Assembly (NCBI RefSeq): GCF_964355755.1
Contig: NC_092676.1
Span: 19,858,871 to 19,922,870 of the forward strand
Direction: 5' to 3'
DNA: 64,000 bases
Origin: Antedon mediterranea
Taxonomy: Eukaryota; Animalia; Echinodermata
Positions 40,381 through 53,000 of this stretch are shown here, piece by piece. The notes below the pieces were generated by a model. That model was not told the origin of the DNA. It worked only from the letters and a program-made list of their open reading frames with translations, and ran no database searches. The translations under genes and the position numbers were made by a program. Position 1 is the stretch's first letter, and each line of letters begins with the position of its first letter.

Positions 40381-42431
40381 ACTGCATTATTCAGAATACG
40401 AGTGATGTAACTGAATCTTACCTTACCACTTATGATTATGTAAGTGTTACTACTTAAATAAATTAAGTAGAATATTATTACTATAGTACACATAAGATGT
40501 TGTTCTTTTGGTTTATGTTACTCATTTTTTTAAATATTTTTCGGAAACTTACATAAATTATGCATTTCATCATTTGTCCATTCTCTCATCCAGCTCCGTA
40601 AAATCAATTAAATCGTCCAAGGTTTCAAGTATTAAAGGACCACTTGGGACATCCCTAAACCAGGGCCTCAGGCCTCTTTGTTTAATATGCTACCGCCTCC
40701 TGTTGTCACTGCCATATATTTTTTTAAGAGAGTAAAAACACAGGGCTAGGTGTATCGTAACCCATCGTATATATTGGTGATGCTGTATAAATATGCTACT
40801 ATCTAGTAATTCCATATGGTGTGTTGGCTATTTGTAGGTTTAAAGTTCGCATTTGTTTTGTTGCAGTCAAACATTGTATTGTTAATATATAACTATGTAA
40901 TGCTCATTTATATTTGTAAAAATTATTGAATTTGAAAAGTTATAATTTCTTAAAAATTACATAAACAATCTGAAAATATAACTTGTGTTTTTACATGATT
41001 TGTTTTAATTGGAATTCATTAATTCTTATAAATAATTAAGTTTAGCATGCTGATTATTTTTAAATTTCTGAATATTATTATATTGGCCATGTTAGTACAG
41101 TCTTGATAATGCAAACCTGTTAATTGCTTGTAAACAATAGTACTATAGAATACAGTATTCTTATATATATCGTACATTTATTAATTGTTTGGTTTCTATT
41201 CATCGTTTTTTCTCACTAAATGGAGAATTTTAATTCACATATTTTTATCAAAGGTGGTCAATGTGAGCAAAACCTTTTTTTTGTGTATTATAGTTTAAAT
41301 TAAAACAATTTTCCTTGATTATATTTATTTTGTTTGCACAATTATCAACGGTGTTAATGAATTTTTCTTGAATATTTCAATCAAACTAGATTTATGATAT
41401 ATTTTCATTTTTCATATTTTCATTACATTTTTAAAAACCAGTTTTTATCGGTTTAAATACAGTGTACATATTTCTAGTGTAGTTACGTACAGTGTTTATA
41501 AACCTACAGTATAGTATATTTAGTATGCTTGTGCAGTAGATGTAGATATAATGTGTATTCAGTTCTATCTACACTATCGAACTAGTTCAACAACAAAAAA
41601 GTGTGATGTGCCTAAATATGGTAGTGATATGCCCAAATACGGTAGTGATATGCCCAAATATGGTAGTAATAATCCTGTCCATTATGTTGTCACATAATGT
41701 TTGATAGTGGAGACAGAGCTTTACATACGTACATTGAGATATGGTCTTTAGTACTTGCCTCTTGTTCACACAACACATTTATAAATCTTACAAAAGTATG
41801 TTATAATATGTTGTACAGTTGACGTTACAAAAGTGTATAGTAGTCAAACACAATAGTGGGTAGGGGGCTTAAATTGAACTACTTTAGTAGTTTTACCAAA
41901 TAAATAGTAATCATGTTTCACAATGCTTGTATGTATGTATGTTCAAAGTTACGTTACTGAATTTGTAAGGTACCGTAATGTGTTTTTTCCTTGTTTTTAC
42001 ATGGATAGCCTTACAGTATAAATGTACAGTATTACATTGATAGGAATTATGTAGTTAATGTGTATATTATGCCTATTGTATAAAAATACGTGATTCTATC
42101 CAAACTGTATAATATTGGAAAACATTTATACATATACGTTTAGGATACTGTATATATTTCGCTGAAAATGGTATCTACCGTACCTGTAGATTGATTTAGA
42201 TTTTTGATTTAGATTGATTTCATGGGGCCATTCAAGTGTAACAATTGATATGTGATAAAATGTTAATGTCATTTTAATTTTTACATTTATTCTCAAAAAA
42301 GTATTAAAGAAACATAATAAAGATTGTTTATAAGGTTTTTTGTATAATTTTGTAATCCGGGTTTTTTGCATAATTTTTATTCCGGGTTTGTTGCCTACTG
42401 TACTTAGTAAAGATAGAATACTGCATATCGT

Positions 42432-43110
42432 GTCTTCAATAAATCGTGGTCGTATCAGCGTTTCATCAACACATCGTGGTCGTATCAGCGTTTCGTCAAC
42501 AGATCGCAGTCGTATCAGTAACACATCGCGGTCGTATCAGCTGTGTTTCTTCAACACATCGCGGTCATATCAGCGTTTCGTCAACATATCGCGGTCGTAG
42601 CAGCGTTTCGTCAACACATCGCGGTTGTATCAGCGTTTCGTCAACACATCGCGATCGTATCAGCGTATCGTCAACACATCGCGGTCGTATCCGCGTTTCG
42701 TCAACACATCACGGTCGTATCAGCGTTTCGTCAACACATCGCGGTCATATCAGCGTTTCGTCAACATATCGCGGTCATATTAGCGTTCCGTCAACACATC
42801 GCGGTCATATCAGCGTTTCGTTAACACATCGCGGTCGTGTCAGCGTTTCGTCAACACATCGCGGTCGTATCAGCGTTTCGTCAACACATCGCGGTCGTAT
42901 CCGCGTTTCGTCAATACATCGTGGTCGTATCTGCGTTTCGTCAATACATCGCGGTCGTATCCGCGTTTCGTCAATCGCGGTCGTACCAGCGTTTCGTCAA
43001 CACATCGCGCTCGTGTCAGCGTTTCGTCAACACATCGCGGTCATATTAGCGTTTCGTCAACACATCGCGGTCATATCAGCGTTTCGTCAACATATCGTAG
43101 TCGTCAACAT
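42432..43110. repeat. 30-bp minisatellite (~22 units) CAGCGTTTCGTCAACACATCGCGGTCGTAT
   Basis: Direct head-to-tail repeats with no spacers; CpG-rich. Confidence 0.95.
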
Positions 43111-43167
43111 CCATGATGTTCTCAACACATGTCGCCAGAGTGTCGTCAACACCATATCGTTTGTTAA

Positions 43168-43355
43168 AGGCCAACTTAGACAGCGTCGTACGATGAGGTC
43201 CGACGAAACGTATTGGCGAGTCGGTGCTGTTTGAGTTAAATCCCGACGAGACGAGTCGTCTTGAGATAGCGTCGGGCGTGGTTTTTAGGTCGTCGCGAGA
43301 AGTTTTCTCCCGACGAGACGACTCGTCGGGCCTTGTCGTACGGACGAGTTGGCCT
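43168..43355. mobile_element. CpG-rich Harbinger-type MITE
   Basis: TAA|aggccaact...cgtcgtacga / tcgtacggacgagttggcct|TAA; internal cccgacgagacga repeats. Confidence 0.75.
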
Positions 43356-43481
43356 TAACACATACTTTTGAATATTCGTCCCTACACCAAATAGAAAATG
43401 GATAATAACAGTGTTACTTTATTCACTATGATTCTTTATTTTTGTCCATCTATTATTCATTAAACAGTACTCAATCTTTGT

Positions 43482-45525
43482 TTAAAGTTTAAGAAGAGAA
43501 GCCACTTCGTATACCCACCATCGATCTCTGCAAAAGAAAAATAAATTTATGTTATAGAGTATTGTATGTTGTAATGGATACATATTGCCAATCTAGTTAA
43601 AAGTCGTGGGTTTGTAATAAGTTTCGAAGATTTTTGTTCACATTTTAGTTTTAATTAAATATTTTCTTGTTATGTTATATAGTGTTTAATTCACAACGCC
43701 TCTAAACGGATCACATTATTACCCCAGTAATGTTTTGGATCAAACACGTCTGGAAATATACCTCCATATAATGCTGCAGCCAGTAATCAGCGCAGTTGTG
43801 TTTTGACCTTTATACCAGGTAACCATTTGTACACCTGGGTGGCGAGGCAAAGTGCCTTGATAACTTACCTGTGATAGTAGTCATATTGGGAGAATGCACC
43901 GTGGTACCAATGACTGTCGTCGAGTTGGTGCGAGTTACCAACGTTTATGGTTGATGGTATTTCTTCTATGTAAGGGTTGATCACTCGGTATTCACTGCTA
44001 CCACAGCAAAAGAATCTCCAACTTGACGGGGGAAAAAAGACATTTTATTAGAATACTCGACCATTTTTAAAAATGTATATTTGTATACTATATATTGTGG
44101 ATAGCGATCTTTTTATTTCAATGTCCAAAATTGCCTCCGGTCCATTAAAAAAATCATTATTTTCAGACATTTTACAGTTTTTTTTCTTTTTTCTTACATT
44201 GTTTATGGCACATATAGTTTAAGAGACATTTCTTCTTTTTTTAATGTACCGTTTTTTAAAAATGGTTATCAACTTTATAAGATTAATTGGTTGAAAAATG
44301 GTCTGAACATTTTTATATAATAATCTAAAGGGTGCCATAACACTAACTACTGATAACCATATAAAGTTTGTAAAAATCGGCTCCATTGAATATAACAGAT
44401 TCATACATGACGCATTTATTCTACGAATGGAGTTTGGATTATAATATTGTTGTTATTTTGGCTACTCATATCAACTTTTTGAATTTATACCTGTGTATAT
44501 ACCGGGCGGTTCAGAATTAATGTGCTATACCTGATGTGTTTATATATGTATACTGTATATATATACCTATATTTGTACATAAACAAATCAAAGAATATTA
44601 CTGTAATTCTAAACTTGTGTAAACATTTTTATTTTGTTTTCATTCTGTGCTATTTGTTTTCTATGACAATACTGTAACGTACGATGAGAGTCAATAAAGT
44701 ATTGAATTGTAAAACTCACCCACGATCATGTTCTTTATGGTCGTATATGCCTTGAATACCGGCTACCACCGAATTATCACCACAAGAAAACAGCATGTCA
44801 GTGGTAAACCAGTTTATGAAACCCGTCCATTGACAGTGATCGAAATATGTTGGATAATCTCTGTAACATAAACATTAATTGACTAGAATTTATTTCTAAA
44901 ATCAATTCTACCACGTAAATGGATGGAAGAACATGTACTGCTGTAGCTGTTTGATACTAGCTTGGTTAACACTAGGAAGCAACGTCAATGACAAGCGACA
45001 GTTCGAATAATCCATCGTATGCGATTGGTCAAATCAATGACGTTGCGCGTTGTGTTCGATCTAAATTAGGTCAGGACTGTTGCTATCGCATATGACCCAC
45101 GGTTCCCACAGAGATCTGGTTTTTTAAAGTTTAATACTCCTCGCCTATGTCGTTATAAATATGCATTTATGAATGGTTAGGCTTAATCTTCAGTCACATG
45201 CATCTAATTAAGCCCCCAAATCCCGACTTTAATCCCAGTATGGTCTTTCCATCTCCTTCTTCATGCAACAAGTAGGCCTCGATAAACTAATATAAGCCAT
45301 TAATCAATGCGATCATTAGACCTATATTATACTGTATATATCACCAGTGTGAACCCACCTGCAGTAGAATGAGAAATATCGGTCGTCGGGATCTGAATTG
45401 ATATGTTCTGAATCGATTCTATAGAAAGCCTGATGAGTCGGACAAGTAAAGTATACGTCTTTGGTCAATTGGGTGTCCCATGCGTTACTTGCTCCAATCA
45501 GAGAAAGCAATATGAGAAAATGCAT
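43482..45525 (-). CDS. Secreted dermatopontin / hemagglutinin-amebocyte aggregation factor-like protein, 168 aa
   Basis: Minus-strand exons 45525-45359, 44860-44720, 44021-43869, 43527-43482 (all phase-2 GT-AG introns). Signal peptide MHFLILLSLIGASNA; three family repeats ending DRYFSFYC, DRGWRFFCC and DRWWVY; FTCP, CQWTGFINWF and FSCGDNSVVAGIQG segments. A 5'UTR intron lies at about 45540-45711. Confidence 0.88.
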
Positions 45526-46379
45526 TTTGATAACAGTCGCTGAAAGATGAATTTGATTTAAATTTACCAAGATCGATTGGTAAAACTGTGGTGTCAGTTA
45601 CTTAATAATGTTAAATGTGTGAAGAGAACAGAATCAATAATTAGGGGCAAAAATAAAGGGAACGATAAATTGGGACAACCAACAAGATATTAAAGTGGTG
45701 AGCAGGCTTACCTTCAAGTGTTCTTCCTCTGGAATGAATGATTTTAATGTTTCATTTAGATATTTCAAACAATTAGTCTACATCTGGTCTTTCACATAGA
45801 GATTGGACAGCTTTATTAGATATTGCATATCTTCCATGCGATAAGGATGCTCTAAGTTCAGGTGCTAAGTTTAAAATATTAAAATTATGACGTTAATACA
45901 CAAAGTATAAGATAAACTACGACAGATTATTTAAGATTGTCTATTTACGGTAGCGTTTATTTGCACGTGGTCGCTTGTTTAAAAACAAGGCCATATACAT
46001 GGCTGGAGTCGCGTGTTTACCGACCAACCGACCGACCTACAACAGAAATTTATAATTCCCAGCAATGTTTTAACTGTATATATGAACTGTTTTATAAGTT
46101 GTTTTGTGACTGTGTAATTTGGTAGTAGTCACTCTCATACTGTAGGCCTACATTTAAAAGTAACACATCCAAATGCCAACTTTAAGTCAATGGCTACCAG
46201 ATGACTCTGTGAGACGGTTATTTGAACCAGTCCCAGTAGGCCTACCAGTACCAACCGACATAAGCCTAATTAATTTACAAGCTAGGCTTAATTATTATCT
46301 AAATTAAATAAAGTCTTATCAATCAGTGAGATACGATTATGCTGACGAAATTTAATTAACCATTCGTAACATTTTAAGG

Positions 46380-46830
46380 TGGTTGAATCGATTCTATAGC
46401 TTGATGAGTCGACAAGTAAAGTGTGACGTCTTTAGTGGATATCCCATGCGTTACTTGCTCCAATCAAGGCAGGCATTATACATTTCAATTTACCAAAAGA
46501 TTGGTTGGTAACACTGTCGTTTTAGCTGTGTGCTAGATATAATTAGGACATACAGTACCTTGTTATAAAGGTGTAAATTAGGACAGAATACAAATAATAA
46601 AGATCAAGACAAAGTGCCGATTGGACAGTGATGAGCACGAACTTATCAAGTAGTCTTCTCAGTTTGGAATAAATTATTTTAATTAACTAATGTTTCATTT
46701 AAGATAATTTTCAAACATAGTCTACATCTGGTCTTTCACATGGATATTGGAAATTATTCGATATGCCTATTAAATATTATCTATTGTCTACGCGATAAGA
46801 AAATGGTATAAAGTTTAAAACATTTAAATA
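46380..46830 (-). pseudogene. Decayed partial duplicate of the dermatopontin-like first coding exon, 5'UTR exon and promoter
   Basis: gaatcgattctatag..tgatgagtc.acaagtaaagt..cccatgcgttacttgctccaatca and tagtctacatctggtctttcacat recur collinearly from 45410-45890, with frameshifting indels and no intact ATG. Confidence 0.8.
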
Positions 46831-47099
46831 TGAAGATAATTTAATATTAATAACCAGTATGCTTAAGAAAACGACAATTACAGCTAAACCAGACTATTAT
46901 AAACTGACTAACCGTAAAATAAAAAGCATAAGTCATGTGTGTTATTATAACTTATTATTTATTAAGTTAAAAAGAGTTACGACTCCATTATCTAGATTAA
47001 TAAAGTATTTATCTGTTAACCTAAGATACGTTGATTGTGTTGTTAATTACGTATAGGGCAGAACTTAATTAACTGTTATTTTCATAATTCAACTGACCA

Positions 47100-47709
47100 G
47101 ACAAGACAGACAGTGAAAATGGCGCGAAAGTAGGAATTAAGTTCATCCAGAAACCCAAACAGACTTGGCCCAAATGAAGCACCATACGCCCTTTTAATGT
47201 TTTAGATGATTGACCAGGAAGAGAGTGGTTTTTCGAATTCCTGATTAAACTAAGATCGGTTCTTAAATGTAGTCTTCTCAGATTAATTAATAATAAAACA
47301 GTAGATCCAATAATTAAATCGAACGCGATAAAAAAAAAATGACCATGACAAGCGACCTACTTATTGACATGTCGGATGAAACTTCAATACCGGAAGTATA
47401 AAAGTTTTGAGCCTGTTATGTCATGTGTGTGATGACGCATGACAAATCATTACTACACGATCGAACAATCAAATCAATACGTTCATGTTAAACCGTGCAC
47501 TAAAAAGAATGTTAAACAAAGTTTAGGAGAATCAACAAGTGCTTGTGTGTGGTATAAATACACATTAAGCTCTTGAGACACCGCTGGTGAAGTAAAGTAT
47601 TGTAATTGCTTAGAAATTCTCTTTGGTTTTAGACAGCACTAAGCTTAGCAGCAAATGGTCATGTTTTCAACCGGACTGATGAGAGGGCTCACGCCTGGCC
47701 CGGAAACAG
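47100..47709 (+). promoter_or_regulatory. Probable DENND2 promoter and non-coding first exon
   Basis: YY1-like AAAATGGCG (~47117), ETS ACCGGAAGT (~47389), TGACGCA (~47433), CAG|gtaatc donor at 47709; the next acceptor cacag at 49985 precedes the ATG exon. Confidence 0.5.
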
Positions 47710-50012
47710 GTAATCTCAGATAAACATTTTGGTTGGGGAGGCCTACAGATTAGTTATTTCTGGCTCTTGAGAAATGGGTTACTAGGCCTATATTTAGATA
47801 ACCGTGTTAATAATGTGTGTAGTTGTTTATTTGTTTTTTAAACTATTGAATTTAATTTATTTATTGTTTGTGTTAAATCATGGAGGTAAAAATAATTTAT
47901 ATTTACCCCCCCCCCCCCCACTTTCCCCATGGTTTAATGAACATACAGGTACTTAAATGTTGTCCTCACTAAAAACCTAGGTAAGCCTAGGCCTACTACT
48001 ATATATTTATAGTACTGAATTAGTCTGAACTAAACAGTATACTATACTAGCCTATACTGTGTACAGCATTATCCTACAGTAGGCAGTGGTGTAACACAGT
48101 GGCTTGAGGCCCTGGTTTAGGAACCCTAAGTCGGCCTCAGGGGTTTTTAGAGTTTTTCAATATATTTTAATATATAATTTTTGTTTATCCTCTGGGCCCT
48201 GCTCAGGGTCCCCATAAGCTGTGGGGCTCCGGTTTTAGCCAGTGAGCACTCATAGATGTTTCACCACTGTATGTATACTATTTATTTTGATGTCTAGTTT
48301 GATTTGATTTAAATTTATTAGGAAAATCATAATAAATACGTACAAAGAGATAACATAAATTACTGACATTACAAATAATACATTTATAGTCATTAAATTA
48401 TTTACACTTCCTGCAGTACTATATTTTCAAGCTTTTTTTAAAATATATTATGCATGCGCTAAAGTCTGTAGATAACATTGAAATGAAATACTACATTAAT
48501 GGGAAGATAGAAAGAAGGGTCACTGTGTGGGTGCAATTTATCACTACCTTTAAATAAAAGTACAATTGTATTGCATAAGTTGGCTATAAAATGAATGGAA
48601 ATAAGACCTAATAAATGCTGTTTAAATATTTATTCAATATCTATATTATCAGGATGTTGGTATTGCTGTTAAAACCACATATTAAGGACATGAAACAAAA
48701 AAATGTGTTTTAAAACCATAAATTATTATTATTATTAGTAATATTATACTGAAGTAAACAGACCTTTTATTGTATTTTAGCTATTTTTACTGATTTTGTT
48801 TCATTTTGTTATTTAAATCGAAAACATTATGAAAAATACCAGGCAGGGGCAGATACTTTAAAAGCAAAATATAGCGCTGTTAAACTCAATTGTCCCAGCT
48901 ACCCTCATTACTGTTTTTTTACATAATTTTGTTCAAAAAGTGTTTCGTCTACATATTACCAATTTTATTTTTAGAATTGCAAGTAAAAATCAGTCTTAAG
49001 CTCTGTCTACACTATCAAACTTTAAGTGACAAAAAAATGCAATGTGTCAATGGGCATGATAATGTCATATCACTACCATATTTGGGCAAGTCACACTTTT
49101 TTAGTCAAACTAGTTTGATAGAGTAGACAGAGCTTTAGTGTTTGGTGGGCATTCAATCGACTTTGCACCCCTCGTGTACAGTAATACGGGTAGTATTAGT
49201 ACACCCCACACACACACAAAATTTTCAATACTGCCCACACAGTCTTGCGTGATAGCTTTTTTTATGACTCATTTGTTAAATGGCAAAATTTCTTGTTCCT
49301 TCGAGTTAATTCTCAGTATAATTCTGTATCGTGGAACCCATAGTTTTTTTTTAAACAGGCTTAACATTTAAGTGTCATTTCTTTTCATTGTTTTATAAAT
49401 GGTAAGTGCAAGGCTCTTTATGTTAATTTTTTATGTTGGGTTGTTTTATTATATCTTTGTGCTAAGCTAGGCTTTGATTTAACTGCATTATTCATGACGA
49501 AATAAATCTGGTGTCTTGTTCGGTACCTCGTCGTTGGTGAATCATTTTGGCAGTGTATTTTGTAGTTTTTACATTATTCCAAATATGGTATTGTTGACAA
49601 TCTTGGTTTCATTTCTGTATGAAGAATTAACCAAGTGTTGACAGCTAAAAGCAGTTCAGAACGCATTTCACAATACAGTATTCTGTTTTGTATTGAGTTT
49701 TTCTATGAACTTCTGTTATTTATAATATGCTACGTTTTGTTACAGTATATCAAATCAGATTTTAACAGATATAATTGTGTTTTCTTTTGTAATCTAGTTT
49801 TATTTCAATTTTACTTGTAACTGACTGTGAAAAGACCTTTATTTATTCGAACTTTGAGTTTCAGGTAGTGTGAATAAATCAATAAATTTGTCTGATTTGG
49901 GAACCATGACTTGTTGCATATGTATGCAGAGTTCAAAGTGGAAGTAATCTGATTATATATACATATGTTTTTTTTAATTTCACAGGCATGATTTGCAAGT
50001 TTGTAACCAAAC

Positions 50013-53000
50013 ATGAGTAGAACAGGAACTACTGTACCTCTAACAATAAATCCTTTACATAGAAAGATCAAACAAAGTAGTAAAAGCGGGAAAGAATTCT
50101 CGAAAGTGCGACGCTCGACTAAAAGCATAAAGCCAGATCTTTTTGCTCAACGTTGGTCACAAAATGATACTGAACTAAATGGTAGTTGTAGTAACAATGT
50201 AAGACAAGGTAGTAATGGGAATATTAAACGGTCAAATGGAGTAAGAGTGACGGATCAAAACTCAACGCAATGTAAATCAGACTTACTGCAAGTACCACGA
50301 TATGAACGCCGATTGCCTAGTAAAAATGATGGATTACATACTAGACATATAGGCCAAGAATTACCCAGAAGGCCAGAAACAAGATCTGTCATTGAAACAC
50401 AAAGCCCAAGATTAAGCAACAATTTACTGCATCCTCATTGGTCAGTTGCTGGTCTGCCTAGCGAAACATATAACGGCATGGAGCAAAAACCACGTCCTGT
50501 TAAAAGCCGACCTCAAGCACGAAATGTTGTCACGAAAGTTTTAAAAAAGCGTGCAGCATCAGGCAAGGAGGAACAAAGCCTTAGTAACGATAACGTACAT
50601 ATGCGACAAAATAATGGGAGTCTGTCTACTGAGTCAGACAGGAATTCAGTATTTGACCGTGTGAAAGAATTTGAAGGCATCGATAAATGTCCAAATACTA
50701 ATTCAAACCGCCGTACTGTAAAAGACGAACAATCACATGTCGACTTAAACCCACGCGTCATAAAAAATGAATCGCAAAATCTGCACCATACTTATGAAAA
50801 TCAAGACGTTAAGGAAAAGGAAGAGAAGAATCCTCGGATTGGACCAAAACCAACAATAAAGCCTAAAACGAAACGAGTTCAGAATGTTTTTGAAAAGAAA
50901 AAGAAAAGTATGTCAACAGCAATAGTTCATACTTACGAGGAGGTGGCAGAGGATGAGATTGAACACGACGAATCAAATGTTGGAAACATGCACAGGAATA
51001 AAAATGTTGACCTATCAAAACAATCTAGGAATATACGCGATGGTGCAAAATCGCAACGCGAAAGATCCATTGTTCTAGGTGAAAAAAAAGATGGTAGAAC
51101 AATTGGCAGCTCTGATTCGCCACGATATGAAGACGTTTACGAGGGTGATGATACCGAATTTGATAGAAAACCGAATTTAAAATTTAGCGTGTACGATGAA
51201 GTATTTGAAGGAAGCGTTGATGATACGTTTCAAATCGTGTCGCCTGTTTCACCATCCCATAACTCAAAACCATTGCCTCCGCCAAAACCTAAAAGTAAAC
51301 TTCCCCCTCCGTATTTTGTTCTGGAAAGAAACAGTGCTGACAGCGATACACTAAACTCCCCGGACAACCAGTCTAATGGAGATTTTCGACAATCTTTATT
51401 TCATTTTCAAGCGTACAAAACACCATACGTTTTAGCAGACACAAATGGGATGATCGACCAGCCAGTGTCGCCGACTGGTCAGAGTTCAAGACGCAATCTG
51501 TACGACAAACCTCTGCTTTTATCGCAGCGTTCAGCAAGTGCTGAGGATATTTTTGATCAACAGAAAACGACAATTCAGGACGGGAGTGGGTATTCCATAC
51601 CAGGTAGTCATTTATGGAGGGCTCGTTCATATACAGAACATGTAAGTACGTTTGTGATGTTAAAGGTAAATATTTGTGACATTTAGGAAAAAAAAGTTAA
51701 TGTGATTATTCATTTATTTGTAACTTGTAAGGGAACGGTTTATTTTTTAATTGAAATTGTTAAATATTTGAAAATTGCACACTTAGGAGTTTTAATCCAT
51801 CTCATTGAGTATCACAAGCTCTGTCTCCACTATCAAATTTTACGCGACAACAAAAATGTGATATGCCCATATATAAACTTGATGATGTCATATCACTACC
51901 ATGTTTTGGCAAATCACCACCATATTTGGGCATATCATACTATTTTTTTTGTCAAACTAGTTTGATAGTGTAGACATAGCTTTACACTCTACAGTGTGTG
52001 TTGGTGTCCACTGCTGGTCCTATTATGACTTTAGTATTTACTATCACTTCTGCTGCTATACTGTATAGTGTTTAGTTTGAAAAAGCCATTTCAGTAAGTT
52101 ATTTTCTTCCCTTGGCAGAAAGCTTGCTATTGGCCAATATCTCCCGATTTATAGATGATTCTGTGGCTAGAACACAGCGAAATTTCCATCTTCAGGACAG
52201 AATAATCAATATCTTCACATTTTAACAGGGTGAAGAGAAATCCCCCATTAAAGAGGAGGTAAGGCTTATTCCATTAAAAGATGGAGACTCAGGCTTTACA
52301 GCAAAGAAAGGAAAAAAGGGCCGTTTACAGACAGTAAGTTTTATTGTTATATCTTGATCCAAAAAAATATATATATTATTATAGCAAATTAGATTAAATA
52401 GTGTATTTGTTTTTTGTGCAATATTATTTTTTTTAATTGTTGTATTGTATTCTAGTGCATTTACTAATATTGTCTACTTTGTATTTTGATAATTTCAAAT
52501 TTAAAAAGCATTGGGCAGATATGCCAAGTCTTTCGCTCTCGCTCACCCATCAAGGCTTGTCGAACACCTCCATCCCAGCGACCAAGCCTTTAATGCATCG
52601 AACTTGCAAAGTTTGGGGAGTTAGTATTTTTATTATTATATTTATTATCAGTGCATGTTTAAATTGCATTAACCTTGAATTTCAAGGCAAGGAATAGGAA
52701 CACATTTGGCTGTCAAAACGTCCCTCTACGATACTTGTTAACCAATGATTGTGTATTATTAAGAATAAAACATAAATAATCCAAAATGATGAAAATGTTA
52801 TTTTATGCTTGATTACATATAATTTTTTCAGCATATTGTTCAAATATGATACTAACACTTTCCAAGTTTTCAATTTCCTTCCAAGTACTAATTACTGAAG
52901 GGTACGTTTTCTATTAATAGTCTAAAAGATTGCGTATCAAGTAATTGCATTGCTTTTTATTACTATACAGCCTAGGGATCTCATGAACCTCAAACTCCTG

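Noticed and set aside
42432-43110. CRISPR-like array of ~30-bp repeats
   Set aside because: Units are contiguous with no unique spacers, there are no cas genes, and the context is eukaryotic; it is a minisatellite
42446-43234. 262-aa ORF as a real gene
   Set aside because: It arises from a stop-free 30-bp repeat, starts at GTG, runs into a MITE and has no splice or domain support
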